Shown: positions 8,698-17,259, counted from the stretch's first letter. The stretch: 32,000 bases of DNA from Hyperthermus butylicus DSM 5456 (GCF_000015145.1 NC_008818.1:1080001-1112000), one strand, 5' to 3'. Notes: generated by a model from the sequence alone, not told the origin. A program made the numbers and translations.

Positions 8698-9393
8698 ATG
8701 CCGCTTGCATGCAGCATGTTTAGCGGAGGCAAGGATAGCACCTACGCCTTGCACTGGGCTGTGCTACACGGCTACGATGTGTGCTGTCTTATCTCGATAA
8801 GGCCTAGGGCTGGCTGGGATAGTATGCTCCTCCATTACCCAGGCATAGAGCTTACAAGGCTCCAGGCTAGAGCGCTGCGGCTCCCGCTGCTTGAGTACGA
8901 GCTTAGCACTAGGGAGGAGGCGGATCTGGCTCGCGTGTTTAGAGATGTGCGTAGACATGGTTGCCGAATTCTCGTGGCTGGCGCGCTTCTAAGCGATTAC
9001 CAGAGACTGAGATTTGCAGCTGCTGCAGAGGAGGCTGGACTGGAGATTATGGCGCCGCTGTGGAGGAAGAACCAGGAGGAGTATATGAGGAGCCTTGTCC
9101 GCGAGGGGTTTAAGATCCTAGTGCAGAGCGTTCAGGCCTACGGACTTCCACCAAGTCTCGTGGGGAGGGTTCTCGACGAGGATACCGTCGAGGAGATTAT
9201 TAAGCTTGCTAGGCGCTACGGTTTCAACCCTGCCTTTGAGGGCGGAGAAGCCGAGACATTAGTCCTTGACGCTCCACTTTTCAGAGAAGAGCTTAGAGTC
9301 TATGGGAGGGTTATGAGGCTCGGCCCAGACCACTACTTCTACCAGATCGTGCGTGCAGAGCTTGTCCCTAAGCCCAGCCTCGGGGGGCAGTAG
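8698..9393 (+). CDS. dph6: Dph6-like ATP-PPase (diphthine-ammonia ligase family)
   Basis: PP-loop SGGKDSTYALHWA at the N-terminus and a GGEAETLVLDAPLF signature near the C-terminus. TTG codons at 8692/8695 precede ATG 8698. Confidence 0.85.
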   Translation: MPLACSMFSGGKDSTYALHWAVLHGYDVCCLISIRPRAGWDSMLLHYPGIELTRLQARALRLPLLEYELSTREEADLARVFRDVRRHGCRILVAGALLSDYQRLRFAAAAEEAGLEIMAPLWRKNQEEYMRSLVREGFKILVQSVQAYGLPPSLVGRVLDEDTVEEIIKLARRYGFNPAFEGGEAETLVLDAPLFREELRVYGRVMRLGPDHYFYQIVRAELVPKPSLGGQ

Positions 9394-9939
9394 CTCGAAC
9401 AGCTTGCAAGTCAGTACTAATAGGCCTCGTAAGTGCCTCACAATGGTCGCCGGTAGCCCGATAACACTGACGCCTACCGTGTAGTCTCCCACGCTCAGCC
9501 CTAAGCCTCTACTAGCTGCCAGCTCCTCGACGCCCCTACGGAACCTCCTAGCCGACTCTGGCTCGTAGGCTGCTAGAACTGCATCACCTAGCTCTAATAG
9601 CCACCTGATATTGGCGAGGAGTAGTAGGCTTGCGACCGGCGGAGCTAAGATGGGTAACGTGAGCGAGACGGCCGGGCTCGTATAGGGTCTCGGAGGCGGA
9701 GTCTCCAAGGGTGGAACCTTTGAGAGTATGAGGCGTGCAAGCCTGTAGCTATAGAGTGTTGCAGGATACACTGCTGCTCCTGCAAAGGCTCCAGAGGCTA
9801 GCCAGGCTAGTAGAGCATAGTCTGTACGGCCTAGTAAAAGGCTGGCAAGCGAGACATAGAAAAGTACTCCTGCAACACCAGCGGCAGCTATGGACGCCTT
9901 AAACGCCGCGTGGAACGGCTGTATCGGCGTTCCCTTCAA
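9259..9939 (-). CDS. Integral membrane protein of unknown function
   Basis: N-terminal hydrophobic helices (ASIAAAGVAGVLFYVSLASLLLG, LLAWLASGAFAGAAVYPATLYSY), a central TM, and a 4-nt overlap with the upstream gene at 9936. Confidence 0.6.
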   Translation of the reverse strand: MKGTPIQPFHAAFKASIAAAGVAGVLFYVSLASLLLGRTDYALLAWLASGAFAGAAVYPATLYSYRLARLILSKVPPLETPPPRPYTSPAVSLTLPILAPPVASLLLLANIRWLLELGDAVLAAYEPESARRFRRGVEELAASRGLGLSVGDYTVGVSVIGLPATIVRHLRGLLVLTCKLFELLPPEAGLRDKLCTHDLVEVVVWAEPHNPPIDSKLFSEKWSVKD

Positions 9940-10169
9940 CTCTGCACCTCCCTCGAACCCCCTACAGCGAGACCCGATGCTAGCCTCCTTATCTCCGCCA
10001 GCTCGTCCCTAAGCTGAACCATGAGTGTGTATATGTTGTAGGCCTGCCCTCTAACCCGACCACCACACTCCTCAACAGCTTGGAAGAACATGCCTAGCCT
10101 ACGCTCAAGCTCCTCTAGTATGGAGAACGCCTTGTCTACCCTCTCGTAGAGAGCATCAATATTCTCCAA
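9936..10169 (-). CDS. Small coiled-coil hypothetical protein
   Basis: 77-aa heptad-rich ORF with a 4-nt ATGA-type overlap with the downstream membrane protein gene, suggesting an operon. Confidence 0.55.
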   Translation of the reverse strand: MENIDALYERVDKAFSILEELERRLGMFFQAVEECGGRVRGQAYNIYTLMVQLRDELAEIRRLASGLAVGGSREVQS

Positions 10170-10181
10170 TGCCGGGACACC

Positions 10182-11000
10182 CTAGAAACCGCTATTGAAG
10201 CCCTTGCCGTGCCCGGTACCAGCTCTCATTGACTGGAGGCTCTTCATCTTCTCGACGTGGAGTGTTAGTGACTCAAGTATCGGCTGTATCAGCTGCCCCA
10301 GAGCATCTAGAACCTTCCTTCGCAGTTCCTCCCGCTCCTCCTCGAGGAGTAGCGAGCCCCTCTCAACACCCTTTGGTAGACTCGACTCTATGACGAGAAC
10401 AGATGCCGCCATGAGCTTCTTGCTCATAGCTACAGTGAAGAGAGATGCCGTATCCATGTCTAGCGCGACAGCTATCTTGCCGTACTTCTTAACGCCCTGC
10501 TCTAAGACTTGCTCACTAGCATAGAACATATCCATGCTCCATACAACACCGGTTAGCGTCTTGATATTGTGTATCTCGAGGGACTGCTGGATGTGTCTTA
10601 GCAGGGTATAGTCGGGTATTGCTGGCACCTCTATTGGAGCATAAGCCTTTGAGACACCATCACCCTTTATTGCTGCTGTAGCTAGTACCACGTCGCCTAT
10701 GGCGAGGGATGGTGATAGTGCTAGGGCAGTGTCAAGATGTAGTATGACCTTTGCGCCAAGCCTAGCAAGCTCCTCAACGAGTATGGCTAGCGCAGAGGGC
10801 CCCACTGGGCGAAGTGCAATCGATATACTAACCTTGTGTATCAGCCCCGTGGCTAACTTGAAGCCATACCTGCCAGGCCTCTCGTTAACCTCGTGCAGCT
10901 TGCTAACAGCCTCCTCGTAGACTTCCTCAAGACTCGTTACAAGCACGTGTGTGGACACATCACCTTTTGATGCACGCGTAAACGGCTGGACACGCGGCAA
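10182..11000 (-). CDS. Nucleoside phosphorylase (PNP/UDP family)
   Basis: VSIALRPVGPSALAILVEELARLGAKVILHLDTALALSPSLAIGDVVLATAAIKGDGVSKAYAP, later VALDMDTASLFTVAMSKKLMAASVLVIES; typical family blocks. Confidence 0.82.
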   Translation of the reverse strand: MPRVQPFTRASKGDVSTHVLVTSLEEVYEEAVSKLHEVNERPGRYGFKLATGLIHKVSISIALRPVGPSALAILVEELARLGAKVILHLDTALALSPSLAIGDVVLATAAIKGDGVSKAYAPIEVPAIPDYTLLRHIQQSLEIHNIKTLTGVVWSMDMFYASEQVLEQGVKKYGKIAVALDMDTASLFTVAMSKKLMAASVLVIESSLPKGVERGSLLLEEEREELRRKVLDALGQLIQPILESLTLHVEKMKSLQSMRAGTGHGKGFNSGF

Positions 11001-11077
11001 ACGCTCCTACCCCTTCCGCTACCGCTCATACCCTCCCTGGGCCGCTGCCAGCGGTAACACTCCAAAAGACTACCAGC

Positions 11078-11122
11078 TAATTAGCTGTTAGAGCCTACGA
11101 GCACCCCCCGAAGTAATTAGCT
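11078..11122. repeat. Direct repeat TAATTAGCT (11078-11086 and 11114-11122); first copy lies inside 12-bp palindrome AGCTAATTAGCT (11075-11086)
   Basis: Read directly; spacing is 36 bp in the divergent intergenic region between the nucleoside phosphorylase and speH. Confidence 0.45.
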
Positions 11123-11225
11123 CTAAACCCTTGCCGAAACGGGGCAGGAGGGTCTTCGCGTTATACAACCATTACAAGGCTGAGGAGGGGGGGTAACCCT
11201 TAAAGCTGATGCATAGAAGTCCCCT

Positions 11226-11240
11226 CCCCCTCGGTGGGGG
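11226..11240 (+). promoter_or_regulatory. G/C hairpin overlapping the speH Shine-Dalgarno region
   Basis: CCCCC TCGGT GGGGG immediately upstream of ATG 11243; can be extended by a U-G pair (11225/11241). Confidence 0.4.
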
Positions 11241-11242
11241 GT

Positions 11243-11638
11243 ATGAAGACTATAGCAACTATACGGCCAAGGCCTAAGCCTGCTGAGGGCGAGCCAAGAG
11301 TATACGGCATGCACGTGTTCGGCAACCTCTACGAGTGCAACGTAGAGACTCTCCGTGACGAGAAGCGGCTCCGCGAAATAGTCGTCGAGGCTGCCAAGGT
11401 TGGCAACATGACACTGCTAGATGTCAAGAGCTGGAAGATCGGGGAAGGCGTTAGCGTAGTAGCGATAGTCCTTGAAAGTCACATAACAATCCATACCTGG
11501 CCGGAGTACGCCTTTGCCACAGTTGACGTTTACAGCTGCGGCAAGCACACCAACCCGGAGAAGGCCTTCAACTACATAGTCTTCGCGCTCGGCGCTAAGA
11601 GGGTTGAAAGGCAGACCGCTACTAGGCATTTGGAATAG
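11243..11638 (+). CDS. speH: S-adenosylmethionine decarboxylase proenzyme family (SpeH type; AdoMet or arginine decarboxylase specificity unresolved)
   Basis: [34 protein letters not shown] contains the ES processing site and the conserved HTWPEY..vDvysCG motif. The ORF is open from GTG 11234. Confidence 0.9.
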   Translation: MKTIATIRPRPKPAEGEPRVYGMHVFGNLYECNVETLRDEKRLREIVVEAAKVGNMTLLDVKSWKIGEGVSVVAIVLESHITIHTWPEYAFATVDVYSCGKHTNPEKAFNYIVFALGAKRVERQTATRHLE

Positions 11639-11655
11639 GATTCCCCTACCTCAAA

Positions 11656-11668
11656 ACGTTTTTATAGT
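11656..11668 (+). terminator. Candidate T-run terminator after speH
   Basis: CGTTTTTATAG about 20 nt downstream of the speH stop. Archaeal intrinsic termination can be T-run driven. Confidence 0.3.
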
Positions 11669-11683
11669 AGGTTGTTAGGCATA

Positions 11684-12691
11684 CTACCCCCCTCCTTCCC
11701 TCCTACAGCTGCCGAGCCTATCATAGGCCTCGGCTAGTACGCGAGCAGCCTTCCCGGCAGCATCAACACCTAATGCTAGGTGCTCCCCATTGTCGACTAC
11801 GAGTCTTCCGCCGGATAGCAGCGTCTCTATGCGCGGCCTAGAGGATCCTAGACGCCAAGGCTTAGCAGCTGCTGGCTGCGGTGCCCATCCAGGAGGCTCG
11901 GTGAGATCAACAACTTGTACGTGGGCCTGCCCCTGGAAAGCCTCATATCCACTATCCACAAGCCTATGCATATCGCTGACTAGTACCTTGTATACAGCCT
12001 CTCCTCCAAGGGCTATGAGGCTCCAGGGTGACACCCAGGGCTCCGGTGTCAACGTCGAGACATCAACCGCCGTGTTCCCTGCTAAGAGCTTACCGTTGGA
12101 TAGCCTTACAACCACGTCTAGATCTGCGCTTGACGGTGGCTCCCCCTCGCAGACAAGGACGCCTCGACGCAGCCTAGCACTTGAAGGTATCGAGTCTAGA
12201 GCATCGATTGGCTTATCTACGCTGACACCCCGGCAGCCAAGGGGGACGAGTATAACGCTGCTCATCTCGGCGGCCTCGGACGCCCTGGCAGCAGCCCGAG
12301 GGTTAGCAGTGACGATGACGGGTCTTGATACACCATTTAGTGCCGCCTCGTAGAGCCACATGAGTGCCGAATAGTAGGCCTCTTCCTCATCAATGTCGCT
12401 TAGTAGGCTTAGTAGGCAGCCCCCGCCAGCTGCGATGCTAGCATAGCTTATCCTCTCGTCGGAGAGGAAACGGAAACCATACAGCTCGGCTAGGACTGGT
12501 GGGGATGCAAACCCGGGCATGGCCAGTCTGTTATCGCCGCCAAGCACGAGCTCTGCTAGTGAAAGCTCCTCGGGCGGCTCGCCCTCACCGACAGCCTGGA
12601 TAGCACCGTCACGGATATATATGAAGCCTGGCCCCCGGATAGAGCCGTCTACATCAGCTATGTAGACCCCGTGTATGAGAAGCCTAACCAA
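11684..12691 (-). CDS. Amidohydrolase-like protein lacking the canonical HxH metal motif (probable pseudoenzyme)
   Basis: LLIHGVYIADVDGSIRGPGFIYIRDGAIQAVGEG...NRLAMPGFASPPVLAELYGFRFL resembles an amidohydrolase N-terminus, but PGFxDxHxH is replaced by PGFASPPVL. Confidence 0.6.
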   Translation of the reverse strand: MVRLLIHGVYIADVDGSIRGPGFIYIRDGAIQAVGEGEPPEELSLAELVLGGDNRLAMPGFASPPVLAELYGFRFLSDERISYASIAAGGGCLLSLLSDIDEEEAYYSALMWLYEAALNGVSRPVIVTANPRAAARASEAAEMSSVILVPLGCRGVSVDKPIDALDSIPSSARLRRGVLVCEGEPPSSADLDVVVRLSNGKLLAGNTAVDVSTLTPEPWVSPWSLIALGGEAVYKVLVSDMHRLVDSGYEAFQGQAHVQVVDLTEPPGWAPQPAAAKPWRLGSSRPRIETLLSGGRLVVDNGEHLALGVDAAGKAARVLAEAYDRLGSCRREGGG

Positions 12692-12771
12692 AACACGGCA
12701 CCCACAAAAAGCTAGAAGATGAGCAGGCAGAGGTTAAGTCTCCTCCCCAGGGCAGATCCAGTCCGAGACAA

Positions 12772-12990
12772 CTACCACCCTGCCGGGCCGCAGAGAGCCA
12801 TACAGACGAGACACACCAGGCACTTCGACGGGTCAGTCTCCACCCGTCCATCCCTAACTACTAGGGCTGAGGAGGGACAGACATCGCTACACTCCTCGTC
12901 TAGTACTCCACGCACAATTATTTCGCGCACAACAATCCTACACGGTGTTTCGGGCCGACCACGCCACGCCAAGGCTCTTATTCGCTCCAC
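12772..12990 (-). CDS. Small 4Fe-4S ferredoxin-like protein
   Basis: VLDEECSDVCPSSALVVRDGRVETDPSKCLVCLVCMALCGPAGW: CP...CxxCxxCxxxCxP pattern. GTG start. Confidence 0.6.
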   Translation of the reverse strand: MERIRALAWRGRPETPCRIVVREIIVRGVLDEECSDVCPSSALVVRDGRVETDPSKCLVCLVCMALCGPAGW

Positions 12991-13146
12991 ACTAGTCCGA
13001 GGAGAGGAGGAGTTCTGGGAGGGTGTGTACCCGAGGTCGGACCCGGCGCCATGTCCCCCGGGGCTCCGGGTTCATCTTGTCCGCCGGGCCACCACCCCCG
13101 TGTAGAGGCCTTGTATCCTACTATTGGCTACTCTTATGTCCTCCCG

Positions 13147-13995
13147 TCATGCCGTGCTTACTGTTGCACTGGTCTGTGCCCTGAGCGCACTTTCTGCAGC
13201 TTGTATCATGGGTTTAATGTTTTCGACCACTGCTGCCCACTCGCCCTCCTTTACATTGACGTTTAGCGAGAGCGGCGTTATCGCTATTGCCTTCTCGACG
13301 TGGACTACATAGACGTCAGAGCCTGGTTCTGGCTCAACGAGAGTACCGTAAAGCCAGTAGTACTTCCGGCCACGGGGGTCATAGAGGACGCTAACCTTCT
13401 GGAGGAACTTAATCCGCGCCGCAGGGGCGATCTTCACCTTGGTGTCTTTGCGCACCTTTCTCGGGAAGTTAACACTAATTAGGTCAACCCCCTCTGGCAT
13501 GCCGTGCTCAAGTACCCAACTCGTAATAGCCCTTATCACCCTCTTCATATTCTCCCACGTCTCCCTATCCTCTTCCAGCTGGCTGGCCTCGTCTATGTCT
13601 GCCGAGAACGCTATGCCGGGTATTCCGAGTAGTGCGGCTTGTGCCGCCGCCCCAATGGTGCCCGATGAGAGTATGACTTGTATGCTTGTGTTATCGCCTA
13701 TGTTGACGCCAGAGACTACTACGTCAAACCTTGGAGAGAATTCCTCTATTGCTATGTAAATCACATCGCTTGGAGTACCATTAGTTATATATACCATGGT
13801 GTCGCCCCATATTTTAACCTTCCCGATACGGAGCGGCTTGTGCAATGTTATGCCGAGGCCACTGGCGCTCTTCGGGGTTTCCGGTGCAAGCACGTAGACG
13901 CGGCCAAGCTCCTTGACGGCCTCGTAGAGCAGCCTGAGGCCTGGGCTGTGAATGCCATCGTCATTAGTAACGAGTATCTTAGCAGTCGAAGCCAT
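13147..13995 (-). CDS. surE: 5'/3'-nucleotidase SurE
   Basis: ILVTNDDGIHSPGLRLLYEAV, VYVLAPETPKSASGLGITLHKPLR, VVVSGVNIGDNTS, SGTIGAAAQAALLGIPGIAFS. Confidence 0.93.
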   Translation of the reverse strand: MASTAKILVTNDDGIHSPGLRLLYEAVKELGRVYVLAPETPKSASGLGITLHKPLRIGKVKIWGDTMVYITNGTPSDVIYIAIEEFSPRFDVVVSGVNIGDNTSIQVILSSGTIGAAAQAALLGIPGIAFSADIDEASQLEEDRETWENMKRVIRAITSWVLEHGMPEGVDLISVNFPRKVRKDTKVKIAPAARIKFLQKVSVLYDPRGRKYYWLYGTLVEPEPGSDVYVVHVEKAIAITPLSLNVNVKEGEWAAVVENIKPMIQAAESALRAQTSATVSTA

Positions 13996-14053
13996 TACAT
14001 TACACCCTCGCAGTGCTGGGTAAGGGCATGAGAGTTGGATTTATCTCTACTGT

Positions 14054-15151
14054 CTACTGTTCGGGGGAGAGCTGCCCCCTATTAGCTATGCATGGAGCTA
14101 GCCTCTGGCGTCCCTCCTCCCGCACCTTCACCGGATCCGCCGCCTCCGGGTCGCCTCGGCCAGCCATGCGTAGGTCTTCCTCGAGGTCTAACTCCGTATA
14201 GACACCAGCCATGTTTAGCCTCCGTCTCGCCTCCTCGAGGCTCGTAGTGCCCCGGACAAGCTTTGCAAGGGTATACTCAGCAGCCACAACAGCGTCGAGG
14301 AAGAACGTTGCAGCTTGCACCAGGCTTATGCGCACCATCCGTGTACCCCGCCGGATACTAAGCCTGCCATAGTGACCCTTGACTGCTAGTAGTGGCATGC
14401 GACTTGCTTCAGTATATACAACGGTGATCAGTTTCTCAAGTAGCTCTACATCCTCCCCGTCAAGACCACGGATCCATCGGTAACCCTTTTGGCGCGCGAC
14501 CAGAGCCATTTTCTCTAGCAGCTCCTCCTCCGAGAGCTCTCCATCAGCTCCTAGACCATGTATAGCTAGTACTGCCGGGAGCCCAGACTCAAGCACACCA
14601 GCTAAACCCACACTATCGCCCAGGGGACTCCATAGGCCCTTCTCGCAGCCAGATGCAAGTATGTCACCACCAACATCGACTACTAGTGCTGCATCGCAAC
14701 CGTGAAGTCCTGCAAGCTCTTGAAGCGCCATTGCTATACCAAGCGAGCCTCTCCACATATCCACCGCATAGACTGTAGTATCGACAACCCTCAGCGCGTT
14801 ACATGCCGAGGGGAGTACATACCTTCCAGAGCGTATGGCATAGCAGCCCCTCAGCAGCCTCGCAACATGCTCTCCACGCTCTACACCAACGAGACTTTCA
14901 AGCGGTACGGGGCCCGGCTCTGGATCGCGTACAAATCGCTCCCAGACCCCAACAGCTGTCACCACCGCGACGCCAGTCCTCCCAAGTGCTCCGGCTAGCA
15001 CCAGTGCCGACGTTACATCACCACCGCCGCCCGTAGAGACTACGAGCACACAGTGTGGCTTGAATTCGAACAGGCTCTCAGCAATGCACAACCAGCCACA
15101 CCCAGAGCCAAGGGGCTCCAGTGCAAGGGTTGAGCACTGGAGGCTCAGCAT
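14054..15151 (-). CDS. DUF1152 family protein
   Basis: VLVVSTGGGGDVTSALVLAGALGRTGV...DAALVVDVGGDILASGCEKGLWSPLGDSVGLA; recognised archaeal conserved family pattern. Confidence 0.75.
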   Translation of the reverse strand: MLSLQCSTLALEPLGSGCGWLCIAESLFEFKPHCVLVVSTGGGGDVTSALVLAGALGRTGVAVVTAVGVWERFVRDPEPGPVPLESLVGVERGEHVARLLRGCYAIRSGRYVLPSACNALRVVDTTVYAVDMWRGSLGIAMALQELAGLHGCDAALVVDVGGDILASGCEKGLWSPLGDSVGLAGVLESGLPAVLAIHGLGADGELSEEELLEKMALVARQKGYRWIRGLDGEDVELLEKLITVVYTEASRMPLLAVKGHYGRLSIRRGTRMVRISLVQAATFFLDAVVAAEYTLAKLVRGTTSLEEARRRLNMAGVYTELDLEEDLRMAGRGDPEAADPVKVREEGRQRLAPCIANRGQLSPEQ

Positions 15152-15206
15152 TAGGGCTTTCTAGGACGGTGAGGCAACATACCTATCTGGCCCGGGAATT
15201 CTGGGG

Positions 15207-16601
15207 GTGGAGACTCTGGGCAAGCTCTTCGGCACGGACGGTGTTAGGGGTGTTCTGAACCGGGAGCTTACGCCAGAGCTAGCGTTACGGCTTGGCCAGG
15301 CGATAGCTACGTACTTTGGTGAGGGAGCAACAGTTCTCGTCGCTAGGGACGCCCGTGCCGGCGGCGAGATGATACTAAATGCTGTTGTTGCAGGCCTGCT
15401 CTCTGCCGGAGCCAGGGTTCATGTCGCATGGCCGGACGGCTATGCTACCACGCCAGCCGTACAGTATGCCGTGAAGGAGCTGGGCTACGACTATGGCGTA
15501 ATAGTTACAGCTAGCCATAACCCGCCAGAGTATAATGGCGTCAAGGTCGTAGGCCCTCTAGGCATAGAGGTTGACCGGGAGACAGAGGCGAGGATAGAGG
15601 ATATATTCTTCTCAGAGAGGTTCCACAGAACACCGTGGCACCGGGCAGCCTACGAGGTGCCACGCGAACACCGCGTAATTGAAACCTACGTGAAGGGCGT
15701 TGTTGAGAAGGTTGATGCTCCCGCTATACGCAGGAGGGGGTTCCGCGTCCTCGTAGACTGCGCCAACAGCGTCTCATCGCTTACAACACCCAAGATACTG
15801 CGGGCGCTAGGCGTTAAGCCATACACGCTAGGCTGCAACCTAGATCCCTACCCATACCGGGAGCCCGAGCCTACGCCATCAAGCCTAGCAGAAGCGGCAG
15901 CTATCGTGCGGAGCCTAGGCCTAGACTTTGGTGTGGGCCACGACGGGGACGGCGACCGAGCAATAATCATAGATGAGAGGGGCGAGGTCTGGTGGGGCGA
16001 CAGGACGGGCACCATACTAGCAGAATTCATTGCCGAGCACAAGCTCCCAGCAGCACCTAAGAAGCTCTACACCGCTGTCTCTAGCAGCAAGCTGGTAGAG
16101 GATTACCTCCGGCCCAAGGGGATTGAGGTTGTCTGGGTTCCCGTAGGCACGATAAATATCAGCTATCGGATGCTCGAGGAGGGTGGCATAGCAGGCTTCG
16201 AGGAGAACGGCGGCTTCATATACCCAGCACATCTCCTGGCAAGAGATGGTGGCATGACCCTAGCACTATTCCTGGAGCTGCTAGCCAAGGAGGGCAAGCC
16301 AGCCTCAGAGGTCCTCGGCAGGTTGCCGCGGTACTATGCTGTTAAGCTCAAGGTGCCGATGGACCGGCAGAAGGCGCTAAGGGTTGTCGAGGCGCTGCGC
16401 GAGGAGTATAGCGGAAAACCAGGCTACCGCGTCATAACAATTGACGGTGTGCGAATCGAAGCGGAGGACTACTGGTTCCTTGTGAGGCCTAGTGGCACAG
16501 AGCCAGTGCTAAGGATAATGGTTGAAGCATCCACACCCGAAAAGGCTAAGGAGATAGCAGAGGCGCTTAGAGAGAAGGCTAGGAGGCTGGCAGGGGGATG
16601 A
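15207..16601 (+). CDS. glmM: Phosphoglucosamine/phosphomannomutase (GlmM-like)
   Basis: LFGTDGVRGVLN, catalytic TASHNPPEYNGVKVV, metal loop DGDGDR, EENGG, RPSGTEPVLRIMVEA. GTG start. Confidence 0.92.
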   Translation: METLGKLFGTDGVRGVLNRELTPELALRLGQAIATYFGEGATVLVARDARAGGEMILNAVVAGLLSAGARVHVAWPDGYATTPAVQYAVKELGYDYGVIVTASHNPPEYNGVKVVGPLGIEVDRETEARIEDIFFSERFHRTPWHRAAYEVPREHRVIETYVKGVVEKVDAPAIRRRGFRVLVDCANSVSSLTTPKILRALGVKPYTLGCNLDPYPYREPEPTPSSLAEAAAIVRSLGLDFGVGHDGDGDRAIIIDERGEVWWGDRTGTILAEFIAEHKLPAAPKKLYTAVSSSKLVEDYLRPKGIEVVWVPVGTINISYRMLEEGGIAGFEENGGFIYPAHLLARDGGMTLALFLELLAKEGKPASEVLGRLPRYYAVKLKVPMDRQKALRVVEALREEYSGKPGYRVITIDGVRIEAEDYWFLVRPSGTEPVLRIMVEASTPEKAKEIAEALREKARRLAGG

Positions 16602-17026
16602 AGTATAGGTTTATGGATCTCGCAGCCTGCCCCGTCTGCAAATACTTCCCCCTAGAACTCTACGTCATCGAGGAGCGGGTGTACCCGGAGCGCGAGCAGC
16701 AGATACGAGAACTGCTGGAGCGCTACAAGCCGCCGCTATGCGAGCTATACTGCTATCGCCTGCAAACACCAGTGGGCAAGAAGATAGAAGAGGTTAACGG
16801 TAATACTCCTTGCGCTGAATGCCTAAAAGTCGAGGTGGTTACGGGCATATTATACTGCCCTAATTGTGGCCGCTGGTACCCGATAATAGACGAGATACCC
16901 AGGATGCTACCCGACAACCTCCGCCGCAAAGACGAGGATCTGAGGTTCCTACGGAAGTACCAGGATAGGCTACCGGAGAAAATAGTGAAACACGGGAAGC
17001 CCTGGAACCTCGGCGAGAAGAGCTAG
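16598..17026 (+). CDS. Trm112-like zinc-ribbon protein
   Basis: LAACPVCKYFPLELYVIEERV ... CAECLKVEVVTGILYCPNCGRWYPIIDEIPRMLPDNLR. 4-nt overlap with glmM. Confidence 0.8.
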   Translation: MKYRFMDLAACPVCKYFPLELYVIEERVYPEREQQIRELLERYKPPLCELYCYRLQTPVGKKIEEVNGNTPCAECLKVEVVTGILYCPNCGRWYPIIDEIPRMLPDNLRRKDEDLRFLRKYQDRLPEKIVKHGKPWNLGEKS

Positions 17027-17034
17027 CCGGAGTC

Positions 17035-17193
17035 CTATTTGTACACCACTATTACCAGGCGGCCACGCCACTCACTCATCTCAATCTTTACCTTGTCACC
17101 CTCCTTCCACCTTAGGCTAGCCATAAGCTCGTCAGGGAGCCTTATCAGATAGCCTTTCTCATCCTTCTCAATCACACCTTCATAATGCGCCAT
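17035..17193 (-). CDS. AbrB/SpoVT-like DNA-binding protein, 52 aa (absent from the ORF track)
   Basis: Manual translation from ATG 17193: MAHYEGVIEKDEKGYLIRLPDELMASLRWKEGDKVKIEMSEWRGRLVIVVYK*. Swapped-hairpin AbrB pattern (iRlPdel...lrwkeGDkVkIe...g.lvI). Confidence 0.75.
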   Translation of the reverse strand: MAHYEGVIEKDEKGYLIRLPDELMASLRWKEGDKVKIEMSEWRGRLVIVVYK

Positions 17194-17259
17194 ATCGCGT
17201 CCACCACGGTAAGGCTTGCGGGGGGGAAGGTGATAAACATACTGGAGTACATACAGGGG

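Noticed and set aside
11790-12353. 187-aa plus-strand ORF opposite the amidohydrolase-like gene
   Set aside because: Protein is Ser/Thr/Pro-rich shadow coding with no recognisable domain; the minus frame has credible fold signals.
12719-13105. 128-aa plus-strand ORF
   Set aside because: Composition (RTIISRTTILHGVSGRP...) is unlike a folded protein and lies opposite the ferredoxin-like frame.
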